Assembly (NCBI RefSeq): GCF_009914755.1
Contig: NC_060929.1
Strand: one strand, 5' to 3'
DNA from: the human T2T-CHM13v2.0 reference genome, Homo sapiens
DNA length: 64,000 nucleotides
A program made the translations under genes and the position numbers. This document shows positions 12,469-27,684 of the stretch, in pieces. Position 1 is the stretch's first letter. Every line of letters begins with the position of its first letter. The notes under the pieces are model-generated. The model was not told where the DNA came from, searched no databases, and saw nothing but the letters and a program-made list of their open reading frames with translations.

Positions 12469-13673
12469 GCCAATAACTGGTTTTAAAAATACGTAAAATC
12501 ACATATCCAGTTATATAGTATGTAGTACACATCCTTCCTTTTGCAACATGGCTCAGCACAGCACTGGCTGGAACTATGACTTGCGGCTACCAGCCTCAAA
12601 GATTTTCAGGACTCTAAATGGAAACAGAACATCTGATCATATCTGACTCCTCACGTCTCCTGTCACAGCTCCTTTGGGTAGTAGCCTCTCTTTTCATAGA
12701 AAAATATCACTGTCAGGCTGACTTTTAGGGTCATGTTCCTAAAGGCCAATAAAGACAAGCTGTGTTCTCATGACAACAGGCAGAAATCAACCTCACACAT
12801 CTGCTGACGCTCCAGAACATCTATGTGGACTTCCAAGCACTAAATATCTGAGAGTTACTGTCTTTTAAATACCCCCAAATGAAGGTTTTGAATAACTTTT
12901 CTGGAGCACATATGTTCATTTAACATTTATTGAAGACTACATCCCTACTAAATAAAACAGCCTATAACTGGGTTTGCAGATTCTATTATCCAGCCTTATG
13001 TTCTTTAAAATACCAATTAGTAGTGTATGTCATTATATCTTTTGTCATTTAAAAAGCATGTATTATGCATCTTTTATTACAGTAAAGGCTATATAATAAT
13101 GCCTTATGCTTTTACGATTTTTCACTTGCATTCAATGCTTATGAAGGTTCTATGAGGTAGGTAGATATGATATTTTATAGAAATTAATGTATTAACTTTT
13201 TCTTTGAAGCTGCAGATTATCTAGTGATCAGCCCCCTCACTTTTTACTCACTGTCCTCTGATTCCAGTTCTAATGCTCTTTCCACACTGCCAAGTTGCCT
13301 CTTCTAACAGACACACAGCCTAATAACATAGGATTTCAGATAGACAAGTGTAGACAAACCAGGACTGTACGGTTGAATATAGGATGTCTAAAGTGATCAA
13401 ATGAATATGAAATTATGATATAACCTGCCAAGGAAAAGATGAATTTTCCAGAAGGGAGAGTGAAGAGGAGTCATAGGGCGACTCAGTCCTGGACACAGCC
13501 ACAGAGCTGTGGAGGCCCAGACCTGCCGGAGAGGTGGTGCCATGTGTGGTTACCATATGGCTGGGGGCAGAGGCGTGGTCGGCAGCACAGGCAGAGCTCA
13601 GAGCATGACAGCCTCACCAGAGACAAAAAGTTGAGTCACAAACCTGGCCTAATCAGAATCAAGAAACAGACCA

Positions 13674-14545
<872 letters not shown>

Positions 14546-14752
14546 TGTATACATGCACAATTTTTAACGTAAATAATTTTTTTAAATCAGACTCAAGTTG
14601 ACCTAATTCTCTGTACCTCAGAGGCAAATCCTCCCAGGTCCAAAAAAGAAAAATAGTCAGGAGCTGCTTAACCAGTGATTGAGGTGAAGGCAGGGGAATT
14701 ATACCCACCTAAAGGGACAATTTGTAAGTTTGTCAGTATTTTGGGGTTCTAC

Positions 14753-15047
14753 TTTTTTTTTCTTTTTTGAGACAGAGTCTCACTCTGTCACCCAGGCTCG
14801 AGTGCAGTGGCGTTATCTCGGCTCACTGCACCCTCTGCCTCCCAAGTTCAAGCAGTTCTCATGCCTCAGCCTCCCAAGTAGCTAGGATTACAGGCACATG
14901 CCACCACGCCCAGCTGATTTTTGTATTTTTAGTAGAGACAGGGTTTCACTATGTTGGCCAGGCTGGTCTCAAATTCCCGACCTCAGGTCCGCCCGCCTCA
15001 GCTTCCCAAAGTGCTGGGATTACAGGCATAAATCACCACGCCCGGCC
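14753..15047 (-). mobile_element. AluS-like
   Basis: Antisense Alu dimer. Confidence 0.93.
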
Positions 15048-16435
15048 TAGTTTGTATTTTGGCTCTAACAATGAATGGGGTACAACTGGCTGGGGTCCTG
15101 GGATTAGAGATGCCCAATAATATGTGGGTCAGTCATGCAAACAAAAAGCTGTCTCATGTCAGACATGAGCTTTGAATGTCTTTCAAGTAGATGAAAAACC
15201 TATTTACAATGATGTGAGCCTAAAACCTAACTTTAATTTACACATAAAACACAAAATACTTTTGAGTAGTTTTAAATGCACTGAATTTTCTAGGAATACA
15301 ATTTATAAATGCAAAGAAAATTGGACGTTGCCTCACTGAATTTTTCAGGAATGCACCTTATAAAGGCAAGGAAAACTGGATGTTGCTTCACGCATAACTT
15401 AACCCACTGTAGTTCATCATTTTGGAAAATTACAATACCAGTGGTGATGCCCCCTGTGGTATTTGAGTCATCAATGTATCACTGCAGTATCAGTCTGCAT
15501 TTGTAGGTGTCACATTCACAACGATTCTAGGTATAAGTACAAGCATCTGGCTATAATGTATGTTTACTATAAATTAAATTTTTAAAATTTCTCCTTTATG
15601 TTATGCTTAGGTTATGTGTGAGATTTGCTTGTACTTTCTATTCACTTTCTTTTAGAATAGAAGATATTTATGAAAGGAAAAGGATATTGAGACTGGTGAA
15701 ATGTATCTACATCCAACGAGGATGGCTTGGAGTACACAGCTACTGGGGATTTTCCAAGCACTTTGGGAGAACGCATGCATTCTGTTGTTTGAACAGAGAC
15801 CACCCATTTATCACTGACATCCTGTATCCCTTTTCTGCTGCTATCGGGGGTCTAACCTTGTCCAGACAAGCCAGAAACATCTCGTTTTCTCTTCCAAGTA
15901 CTCTGCAGCATCTTCACTGGAAAAGAGGAATTTCAGATGTTTGACTATTAGAGGCTTGACAAGGGCAGAGACAGCAGACACCTAGCACAGAGTGTAGTCA
16001 GTAGGAACTCTGAGGAAAAGGGCAATGATCAGTCAAAAAAGGTCAGCTATAATATGTTTCCTATCCTCAAAGCCTGCTTCTAAATTAAGGGAAAAAATTT
16101 TAAAGATGTATGCAAAAAATTTATTGTACACAATCAAAAGGAAGTTGAATTTAACTACAATTGCAATTATTCATGAGGTTTATCAATTTGTAGATCATTT
16201 TGAAGAATTGACAACATTTTGTATGCTCCTTGGGTAGACACTGAAAAAGTCATTAAAGCAAAGGAATCTCATTAGCAAATGTGGTCTCTGTCCTCACTGA
16301 AAGTTAAAGAATGACTCAACTCACAGATAGTTTCCATACTTCCTTTTTAATAGCCATACCTTATATCAGTTTGCTCTCATACATGAGAATTAAAGACCAC
16401 ATATTTTTTCAGAGCAATTTAAAAACAACTGTTTC

Positions 16436-16733
16436 GCCGAGCGCAGTGGCTCACGCCTGTAATCCCAGCACTTTTGGAGGCTGAGGCAGGTGGATAACAA
16501 GGTCAGGAGTTAAAGATCAGTGTGGCCAAGATGGTGAAACCCCGTCTCTACTAAAAATACAAAAATTAACTGGGTGTGGTGGCAGGTGCCTGTAATCTCA
16601 GCTACTCGGGAGACTGAGGCAGAGAATTGCTTGAACCCAGGAAGCAGAGGTTGCAGCGAGCCGAGATTACACCACTGCACTCCAGCCTGGGCGACAGAGT
16701 GAGACTCCGTCTCAAAAAAAAAAAAAAAAAAAA
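16436..16733 (+). mobile_element. AluSg-like
   Basis: Alu dimer with 'ggccaagatggtg' and poly(A). Confidence 0.93.
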
Positions 16734-17010
16734 TCTGTTTCTTTCTACAACCACTTGAAAAAACAAACCATGCCCAAACTTAATTTCATAAACTAAATTG
16801 CACTACTAAAAACCAAAGGTTAATTGGAAAATTTAAATTTTCATTACTTTATTGCAGAGTTGTTTGTAATAGTAAAAACAAAAATGGAAACAACCTAAAT
16901 GTCTCAGCAGAAACATAGTTGAATAGAAGACTGTGCATTCATAAATGGAATACCATGCAATCTCCAAAATGATCTTATAGAATTACCAATGTTATTGAAA
17001 GATGTGTATG

Positions 17011-17325
17011 TGCCAGGCATGGTGGCTCATGCCTGTAATCCCAACAGTTTGGGAGGCCAAGGTGGGTGGATCACTTGAGCCTAGGAGTTTGAGACAAGCC
17101 TAGGCAACATGGCAAAACCCTGTCCCAACAAAAAATACAAAAATTAGCGGGCATGGTGGCGCACACCTGCAGTGCCATCTACTTGGGAGGCTGAGGCAGG
17201 AGGATCACTTGAACTCAAGAGATGGGGGTTGAAGTGAGCCAGAATTGCACTACATTCAAGCCTGGGTGACAGAGCTAGACCATGTCTCAAAAAAAAAAAA
17301 AAAAAATAAGCAAGAAAGAAAAGAA
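17011..17325 (+). mobile_element. AluJ-like within an old L1ME fragment
   Basis: Alu dimer; L1ME-like 'aaatggaaacaacctaaatgtc...ggaataccatgcaa' upstream. Confidence 0.88.
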
Positions 17326-17699
17326 AGAAGGATATGCATGATATATTTAATCATGAGAACATTACTGAAATCCTTTAAAAATGCATATATTTACACATAT
17401 GTGCTTAGAAAAAAAAGGATACACACCAAAGTGTTACAAGTCATCGTAACATTGCATTTATGTAACAACATTTTCTTTGGCTTGTCTATAATTTCTAAAT
17501 TGTCTGTGTATATATTACTTTTGCAATAAAAACAATGTCTTATCAAAATAAATACATTTAACTTTTATTGACAATATTTTCTCTGGGGCTGTCATATTTT
17601 TTTCTAAGGCCTCAATAAACTAAACAACTAGACAGAACAGAAGGGTAAAAAAGTGAAGCTCATTTTCTTCATTAGTTGTTTATGACCATCATCATCTCT

Positions 17700-18240
17700 A
17701 CTCATCACCTTTAAGCACCAAGCTGGTTCTTCCCCACCATCCCTGCCTCATGAATGGCATCACCTCACTGGCTGCCCAAGTGAGAATTTGTTACCTTTAC
17801 CCATCCCCAATCCAGGGGCCCACCTCTGTCTAATGTTTCTCCATAATACCTCCCAAACTCTAACACCCTCCTTATCATTTCTACCATCTTGTTGCTCTAT
17901 GACTGCAGCAAGCCCTGTAACTGGCCTCTCTGCTTCCAGGCTTCTCCTGACGTAGACTTCCTTACATTGCTGTACAAGTGAGGTTTTTAACATTCTCAGT
18001 CTTGTCACTCACTGCTTAAACTCCTTCAAGAGTTTTTACTCCCTTCAGGCCAAGGGCTATATGAAGCCCTTCAGATGTGGCTCTTGCTTGCGTCTCCAGC
18101 CCCATCTCTCAGCAGTGCTCTTAACACTCCCAACCATCATGAGCTAATTACTATCTTTCCAACACGCCATGCTCCTTCACACCCCTCTTGCTTTGAACAT
18201 GCTGACTCTTCTGCCTGAAATGCCTTTCCCAGTTCCCTTC
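17700..18240 (+). mobile_element. L2 fragment
   Basis: L2-like 'tgaatggcatcacc...ctggcctctctgcttcc...ctgcctgaaatgcctttccc'. Confidence 0.7.
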
Positions 18241-18616
18241 TGATATGGTTTGGCTGTGTCCCCACCCAAATCTCATCTTGAATTGTAGTTCCCATAATCC
18301 CCACATGTTGTGGGAGGGACCTGGTAGGAGGTAATTGAGTCATGGGGGTGATTACCCTCATGCTGCCATTCTCATGGTAGTGAATGTGAGTTCTCACAAG
18401 ATCTTATGGTTTATAAGGGGCTTCTCTCCCTTTTGCTCAGCACTTCTCCTTGCTGCCGCCATGTGAAGGACACGTTTTCTTCCCCTTCCACCATGATTGT
18501 AAGTTTCCTGAGGCCTCCTCAGCCATGCTGAACTGTGAGTCAATTAACTTCTTTCCTTTATAAATTACGCAGTCTCGGGTATGTCTTTATTAGCAGCGTG
18601 AGAATGGACTAATACA
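18241..18616 (+). mobile_element. THE1 (THE1C/D-like) MaLR solo LTR
   Basis: Begins TGATATGGTTTGGCTGTGTCCCCACCCAAATCTC and ends GGACTAATACA. Confidence 0.93.
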
Positions 18617-19089
18617 CCCCCTTCACTCACGTTTCAGTCTTCAAAGTGCACAGCCATCCTTTACTGCCCCGTGCAGCACCTTCAGGCCTTGAGCTCTATG
18701 CAGGGAGGTAAGCCACAGAAGTCACAAGCACATCATCTTTTATGCTAGTGTACACAGCTGAAAACTCACAGACTGGTACCAAACCAGCTTGGTTCTGTTC
18801 TGCTTCCACTGCCTGTCAAGACTGTGTGCTCTGGGCAAGGTACTTCAACCACTGGGTCTTGGCTTCCTCATCTGGAAAATGCAAATAAAACTGCAACTTT
18901 ATAAAGCTTTTCTGAAATCAAATGCAGCAATGTACATAAAAGGCAAATAAGCTCACCCTATGTTTTACCTAATTTTCTTTTTATCCTGCTCTGTGTATTT
19001 CTTAAGCCAAACCATCTTACTTCCTTTTTAGAATGCATCGGGATAGACACAAATAAATGGAAACACCATTACAAAGCCCCTGCTCACAC

Positions 19090-19512
19090 TTCAGAATTCA
19101 GATTGCATTACCTCCTCCGGGAAGTCTTCCTTAATCACTCTCTGCTCGAGTCTCATTTAGATGATCTCCTGTGTGCTTGCATATCGTCTGTGCATACCTC
19201 TGTGTCGAGAGGAGTGGTAAGAGATGGGGCTGGAGACTCAAGGCCACATCGGAAGAGCCTCGATCCTTTCCCCTGAAGGGAGTAAAAGGCTCTCCAAAGA
19301 GTTTAAGCAGTGAGTGAAAAGACCAGCCGAGAATGTGAAAAACCTCATCTGGACACAAGGCAAAAATAATTATTTTCTCCTTTGGTTACCTTTTCCATTC
19401 CCTTTCTTCAAGGGAAAGAACCATGTCTTATTTTACTTGGCGTCAGCTGCTCTCAGAACAGTGGCTTGACCAATACCAAGCATTCAATAAATGTTTATTG
19501 AAGGAATGAATC
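19090..19512 (+). mobile_element. L2 3' end fragments
   Basis: 'cctcctccgggaagtcttcc' and terminal 'ttcaataaatgtttattgaaggaatgaat'. Confidence 0.6.
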
Positions 19513-20149
19513 AATGGCCACCCACAACCTATACCTCTTACAGCCCATTACCTCTTACGCCCTTTAGCCCCTTCCATAGGTATTTGCCTGGAATGTTTGT
19601 AAGATTTTTGAAAATCTCAGAAACAACACCAGCCCTCCACCCATGGGAAGATGTGTTTCAGGCTAACACCTGTGATCTTGTCGATGCCATTGCCCCAAAG
19701 AAGATCAACCTCTCCTTCTTGCCTATATAAGTTGGCTCTAATTTCAATGTTGCTGAAAACCTCTCCTCTTCCATAAATTATTTTTTGAGATTGCTCCAGC
19801 CCATTGTGATCTTTCATCCTTCAAACTCCTTTAACATCTAGGGCCTACACCATTAATCTGACAATCACCACATACTGCTTAATATTGTTGTAGTCTGCTA
19901 TTTACCTTCAGTCTGCAATTTAACTTCCTTAAGTTTATTTCTTGTTCCCCATTGTAGAGAATATCTCCCTTAAATAGCTGCCAAGTCTTGCCAATCATGG
20001 CCTTTCCTGTAGTGTTTTGCATGTGTGTGCACACATGTGTTTTTAATTGACTTGAAGACAAAGAGACTCCCCTTAGGAAGCTTTATTTCCTGTTTGCCAC
20101 TTCCCTAGGACCCAAGATACCCTGATCCCCCTCAATTCATTCTCTGCCT

Positions 20150-20566
20150 TTCCCTGCTCTTCTTCCCAAGGAAACGAACACCTTCCAACTTTATCACCAG
20201 GGCTCCTTTGCCTTCTGGCTTGCATTTGGGTTCAACCAATAGAAGGCACAGATAGGTAATAGATGGGTGGGAGGACAGAGTGGTAGGGAATGTCTTCCCT
20301 TGCTTGGCCCATTCTGTAGTGTTTGAGTCCTTCCAGGACTATGGCTTCTCTAGGGTGGCCCCTCTTCAAAGGCTCTGCCCCCCAGGTAAGCTCCAATAGC
20401 ATCATTTCTTCCCTTTACCTTTTCAGGCCTGGTGCCTCAACATCCTTTTTTGATGCTCTTAACTCTGCCCACACATCTGTAAATAGTCCCTTTATTAAAG
20501 GGACTTTTATCTCTTCAAAAATCCCCACAGAATATTCTGTTTCTTGCTGGGATCTTGACTAACACA
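20150..20566. mobile_element. ERVL LTR (LTR33-like)
   Basis: 'ctttgccttctggcttgcatttgggttcaaccaatagaaggcac...ttgactaacaca'. Confidence 0.65.
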
Positions 20567-20596
20567 GGAACTTTCCGTTTAGTTGGGATAAGACTA

Positions 20597-20724
20597 TAGG
20601 AACCTTATAATTTATCATCCAAACCAAGACACTTCTGAGAGTGAAAGGGGGCACTATTAATTAAACCATGGCAACGGGCGCAAATCAGAACTGTTCCAGG
20701 CCACCGGAATGAATGAGCATCCTA
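20597..20724. mobile_element. MER81-like hAT MITE
   Basis: TAGG...CCTA ends; 'ataatttatcatccaaaccaagacacttctgagagtgaaagggggcactattaat'. Confidence 0.8.
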
Positions 20725-22783
20725 GGTAAGTCAGGCACATAAAAAGATAATTGTTATAATGAAGAGATAAAAACATTTCTAAAAGAGATAATATTACAGC
20801 ATAGATTAAGGTAAGTGCCAAGGGTGGAATAGACTTTCAGTGCTACAGCCATTCCAAGACAAGAGAGATTATTTCTCCTGGGGAAAGACATTTGAGATCA
20901 GTGGGTTGCTCAGTTCTCCTCCAACTAAATGAAGTCACACAATCCATGTGTGCTTGGCTGATTTTGTAGATTTTCTCCAAGAAATTTCAGTCCCAGTTGG
21001 GTCCCCCGCCTCCACCCCTCACACACCCAGTGTAACTGTTTCTATTTCTTTCCATTGTTTAGGCTCTGGGTTTTTAAGGAAAGCAAATTAATTTAAATCT
21101 TAGCCAATTATTCCTTTTAAAAAATACCAAATGCATTCCTGATTCAATTATAAATCATTGTAAATATCTTATATTTTTGATTCTTTAAACCATGTTTTAG
21201 CTTCATTTTGCAAAGATATCTAAGAGGTGGTTTATAAGCTTTGCTTGCAAATAAAACATTTCTGCTAGTAATCACATAAAGCCTAAGTAACCCTAGAAAG
21301 CTTCTCTATGTATGTATGTATGTTTACCTTGTCTCTTAAACAAAAGAGTTTGACAATTAACCAATACTCTACAGCCTTGTCACCCTGAGCAAAGTGAACC
21401 CAGACTCATTGCACCCCTACTTCTAGCGAATTCAAGCCTACTTGGCCAGGAAATGTTTCTAATGCTCACGTTGCTAGTAGAAGCAAGTTACTATGAGCCC
21501 CAGTGTGTGGCTTCAGGCTTGCCAAATCACTGCTTTGTTCAGGCATTTCATACTCAAGAGAATAGTATATAAAAACACACCTCTGCCCAGGAGCAGAGAG
21601 CACCATGTAGATTAGGGCAGCCAGAGTTCCTGCTCTACTTCCCAACCAGCTGGTGCTGGTTAGGATTAGACCAGAGGGAGTTGGGGTTGAAAAGGTCTCT
21701 CTTGAGAGAGTCAGAAAGGGTCCTACAAGAACAAGACAAACAGGAAAAGAAAGCAGTAACTAGAGACAAAAAGCAACTGCAGACGTGCAAATCATACACA
21801 GGAAATAGCACAAATCAACGCAGATAGGTGGGAGTAAAGTGAGAGTAAAAACCACAGTGAGGAAAAGTAAAAGATAACAGAGCAGCCTCTAATTCTACAC
21901 TGGTAAGCCACTAAAATCCAAAAGGAATGGTGCACATAGAGCAATTGTAGCAGGATGTAAGGTTCAGGCACAAGACAAGGAAAAGCTGCAGTGTGCCTTC
22001 GACAGCAGAAAAAATTAGAAATGACCTAAGTGGTTTAACAAATCTATTCAGGCAGGATTCAGATTCCTATAAGGCGCTTTCAGCCTCCTGCCTACTTTAT
22101 CACCAGGGAAGATCTCCAGCTGCTGTACTGATGGATGGAGGAAGTGCTCTCCTGAACATGGAACACGTGGTATTCTGTAGGAGGAAAGAGAGTACTGGAA
22201 ACTCCCTGATGAGAATATTCTGGGTCCATATGGGGTGTAACATTCTATCAGCCTGTGAATTTTAAAAACCACCCTAAGGCCCCAAACTAATCCTTCAATT
22301 ATGAGCCATTGCCTGCTGTGTTTTGCATGCATTATGTGAAATGGATTATAACTAATTTTTCAAAGTCAGCAGATTGTTATTTACCCATATGTTGACAATC
22401 AGTTTAAAGAGGCAAAAACTGTGAGCTACTTCATGAAAAATATTACACCTACTCAAAAGTCCTCATTGGCAACATCTACAATGGCATTTCCTTTCAAAAA
22501 TTATATTAAAAGAACTTATGTTACATGTAAAGTGTTATATCTATAATTTATATAGAGAATTTATAATACCTATCGTTTACATAGCATGAATTTATATTAA
22601 AATACATAATATTATTAAATTATATAAAAAATTGAAGTATATATACTTTTCTTGTCTAAATATAAAATTTTATATAATATTATAAAATGTGAAATTAATT
22701 TTATATTATATATAATTTATTTATAAATAATTTTGTTATGTATATTAACTTTTTAAAGTAAAAGCCAATATAGATGTTATCAA

Positions 22784-22790
22784 TGTGTGT

Positions 22791-22832
<42 letters not shown>
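22784..22832. repeat. (TG)n microsatellite next to an AT-rich low-complexity tract (about 22500-22760)
   Basis: Direct reading. Confidence 0.95.
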
Positions 22833-22841
<9 letters not shown>

Positions 22842-22860
22842 TATTGATTTAAAAAAACCC

Positions 22861-23168
22861 TTTTCCTTTTTTTTGTTTTTTTGAGACAGGGTCTCACTCT
22901 GTCACCCAGGCCAGAGTATAGTGGCACAAACATGGCTCACTGCAGCCTCGATCTCCTGGGTTCAGGTGATCCTCCCATCCCAGCCTCCGGAATAGCTGGG
23001 ACTATAAGTGCACGCCACTGTGCCCAGTTAATTTTTTAAAATTTACTTTTTATACAGACAGTCTCACTATGTTGCCCAGGCTGGTCTCAAACTCCTGGGC
23101 TCAAGCAATCCTCCTGCCTCAGCCTCCCAGGGTGCTGGGATTACAGGCATGGGCCTCTGTGCCCAGCC
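22861..23168 (-). mobile_element. AluJ-like
   Basis: Antisense Alu dimer. Confidence 0.92.
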
Positions 23169-23279
23169 AAAAGCCTTTTCTAAAGGTTTTGCAAAGGTTC
23201 TACCTGGCAATATGTCAATGTTTGTGTGCATTTTGGTAATCTACTATTACAATGGTTCACTGACAGGTAATTATATGTT

Positions 23280-24700
23280 TATACAACTTCATTTTCATTA
23301 ATTGCACAAATACATTATGAAGCCTACTATTTAGTAGGCATATCCCAGTGTAAACTCCAACCAGGAGTTTTCAAGGAACTTTGTAGATCAGTTTGAGACA
23401 AGTCCCTTCACAATAGGATAATATCTTGATAGATATGTTCTTAGGTGACAGGGTAGTGGAGGCATCTAGGAGGACTTTTCCAAAGATGGTCTCAGCAGGA
23501 GCTGAGTTTTGAAGGATGAATACGAGCTAGATGAAGGGAGGATGAGTAGGAAGGGGAAGGAGCTTCATGCTAAGGGCAGAGGGAACTGCATCTTTCTCAG
23601 GCACTGAAACATGGCTCTGCCTAATGCGTTTATGTCCAAGGCACTGGTAAAGTAGACACTGAAGAATGATTGACAATGAGACTAGATAGACAAGGCCTCA
23701 TATCATTAGGGACTTTGCATGCCAAGTTGGAAACCACGGAAAGATTTTAAGCAGTGACATAGCATGATCAGATGGTAGAAAATGATGTGTTTAAGGAGGA
23801 AGGTAATATGACGATATCAAAAACTTCAAGCCACTAATGGAAGAAGGGATAAGAGACAGTGGAAAGAAAGAAGTGGAATGACTCAAGCTGTTTAAAAGGG
23901 AGAATCTCAGCCTGGAAAACACAATGAGATCCCACCTCAACAACAACAACAACAAAATTAGCTGGGCATGGTGGCATGCACCTGTAGTCCCAGTTACTTT
24001 GGAGGCTGAGGTGGGAGGATCCCTTGAGCCCAGGAGTTTGAGGCTGCAGTGAGTTGTGATTGCATCACTGCACTCCAGTCTAGACAACACAGCAAGACCC
24101 TGTTTCTAAAATAAAATTTTTAAAAAGAGAGAGAATCATCTAAGCTCTTGGGACTGCTTGGATATGAAGCAAGAGTGAGAGGAAGAAATCTAGGATGCCT
24201 CCCTGATTTCAGGCTAAGACCACAGGATGAGTAGTGGTGCCATTGAAGGCCACAGGACCACTGGAGGATGAACAGGTTGCCATTGTTGGTTGTTTTCATT
24301 TTGGAGTGTTTTGGATGAAAGGATGTGAAGATAAAACATTCTATTCGGGGGTGTTCTTGTTTTGAGAAACTATATGGCTCTGAAGCTCCACAGCAAGGTC
24401 TGAACTGAAAACTCAAAAACTAGGCATAACCAAGACATTAGCAGAGGTTGAAGATGAGTGTATCTATGAAAAATGAGTAAAGGTAGATGAGCAAAGTCAA
24501 GGACAGAATCTTGGGATACACCATCATAAGGCAGGCACCAGACACAGATTATAAAGGAGCAACCAGAAAAATAGAAAGAAAAATAGAGCTTAATTTTTCT
24601 TTGAAATCAAACAGAGAAAAGATTTTCAAGAAAGAGGAGTTTACAGTGAGTGTCAGATGCTGCACTGAAGCCAAGAAAGATTTAGGAAAAATAAAAACTT
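23280..24700 (-). mobile_element. L2 fragments interrupted by a partial Alu
   Basis: Antisense L2-like 'gagctgagttttgaaggatgaat', 'gattttaagcagtgaca', 'gtcagatgctgcactgaag'. Confidence 0.6.
23909..24115 (+). mobile_element. 5'-truncated AluJ with (CAA)n linker
   Basis: End of left monomer, then (CAA)n, then right monomer. Confidence 0.88.
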
Positions 24701-26290
24701 ATTATTTTAGCAGTGCATTTTCGTATGTTGAAAAAAATTAAGTTTCTGGAATATAACTAACTGATAATTTTTAATGTGGTCATTTAGTACTGAAAGTCAT
24801 CATGGGGCTTTAATTCAACATATATTATGTTCTCAAATGATGGCTGAAAGATCATTCCCTGAAAAAGGTAGAACCGTTTGATAAATGGTTCTGTTTTTAT
24901 GGTGTCACCAGTTGGTTTTTCTAGAAGCAGATGACGAGACATGCCTAGGTAGAATCTGGGGTGTAAGATATTTATGAGAGATCAACACTGGAGGGAAGGG
25001 GAAACAGGGAGGGCTGTAGGATGAGAATGTGCCATACCATGCTACAATGTCTGGGCCTTTGTACTTCATCTCACATAGTCACTGGATGTGGACTATGTGA
25101 CTATGGAAGGGCATGACATCAGGAGGTGACTCTATAGCTGAGACAGACCCTGAAAGAACAAACAGCTGGAGTGCCCACCCACAGCTGGGCAGCAAGTCCT
25201 CCTTTGAAGGAGATCTGGCCTGTGTATCCTATTTCAACATCATGCAGCTTGCAGCCATGGCCACATATGGTGTAAGCCACATGAAGCTGAAATGTCAGAG
25301 CCTCATCCAGCTATGATTACTGCTTGTTGAAGTAGCCAACTATTAGTTCTTTGCTCCTGTATCAGCATTATAAAGCTATTTCTCTGTCATTACATATATG
25401 AAACAATTTTCCAAGGCAAGAAAACATTGAATTACGGTCCCATCACATTGGTTATGTGGGTGTAAAAACCTGGACTAGACAAGAATGTTGTAATTACATT
25501 TACTTTTGGAATTAAGTGCTGGATGTATTTTATAACTAAGGCAAAAGAAGAAAATAAATTTAAGTATAAGGCAATAAAGCAGTTGAACTGTTCCAATAAT
25601 ATCTAAAACAAAGTTTTGGTTACATAGCTTGAGAGGACTGTCAATTAATAACACTTTTCCAAAAAGTGCTCTATAATTGCAGAGCCCTGAGAAAATAGAA
25701 TGAAGCAATCATATTTGGTTATATGTTGCATTTATACCATTTGATATCTCCTCCTTTGCAAAATAAATTTCCCCTTGCCAGCTGTAATTAGGCACTGAGA
25801 TAAAACTGCCTTAATATTCTGCATATTTTATTAGGGCTGCCAGCAGCTGTCGGATCACTGGCTCTGTTCTCATGTACAATGAAAACATCAAAGACATCTG
25901 TGGTTTGCCCTAAAATTAGTGCCAGAATTGGCCTTCTCTCCATTGTGTAACCAGCTTTGCTATTTGCATAACTAACAAGGGAACCTCCAGACATTGCTGC
26001 TCGGTTCATGAGGGAAAACTACGAAAGGCAGACTTTGGAAAGTGGCCGGTACGGCTTGTCCCCATAAGGCTTAAGTGCATGGGGTTTGGAATCACACAGA
26101 CCTGGATCCAGGCTTCAGTTTTTACCATTTATCTGTGACTTTGGGCAAGTTATTTCTCAGCCATATTGCCTTTTTTGGTATAATGAGAAATAGTATTTAT
26201 TGTTTTGAAGAAGAGTTAAGACAATGTATGTAAAGCATTAGCATGTGCCCAGGCCTCCTGGGAAGCACTCATTAAGAGTTAGCAATCTTC

Positions 26291-26585
26291 AGCCTGGTGC
26301 CGTGGCTCATGCCTGTAATCCCAACACTTTGGGAGGCCAAGGCAGGTGGATCACAATGTCGGGAGTTCAAGACCAGCCTGGCCAAGATGGTGAAACCCCA
26401 TCTCTACTAAAAACACAAAAAATTAGGTGGATGTGGTGGTGGGCACCTGTAATCCCAGCTACTCAGGAGGCTGAGGAAGAGAATTGCTTGAACCCAGGAG
26501 GCAGAGGCTGCAGTGAGCCAAGATCGCACCACTGCACTGCAGCCTGGGTGACAGAGTGAGACTCTGTCTCCAAAAAAAAAAAAAA
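26291..26585 (+). mobile_element. AluSg-like inserted at the 3' end of a MIR (about 26050-26290)
   Basis: Perfect 17-bp TSD AAGAGTTAGCAATCTTC. Confidence 0.95.
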
Positions 26586-26934
26586 GAGTTAGCAATCTTC
26601 CTTCTTTCATCTAGTGCCCTTTTCTAAGAAGTCATAACTACAGTGGCTTTAAAACACACATTTCCTTGTAAAGCAAAGGTGCAAAGAATTCTCCACTCAG
26701 TTTAAAATCGCAAATATGTCACAAACACACATGTGCACACACACAATTGTCTTCAGAATTCCCAAGTTACAGAAACCTCTTAAAGTTTTCCCTAGCAAAC
26801 ACTGGGTGTCCTTTTCACTACTGTTTAGCATTGTGAGACAGGCTTTAAAACTTTACCTCCTTCTTAGAACCACATATTTACTATCAAGTCACTATCAGGT
26901 GAATTGCAGTGAATATTCTGGAGAACATATCAGA

Positions 26935-27650
<716 letters not shown>

Positions 27651-27684
27651 ACTTCATGAAGCACACAGCAGTATGCAGGAAGGT

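Noticed and set aside
21700-22200. Minus-strand acceptor-like sites at about 21722 and 22174, and isolated GTAAG donors elsewhere (20725, 20810, 38256, 42041)
   Set aside because: Expected by chance in purine-skewed or AT-rich DNA, with no convincing partner site or reading frame.
22500-22760. AT-rich tract as a palindromic AT-rich repeat or cruciform
   Set aside because: Symmetry is short and imperfect, as expected from low complexity.
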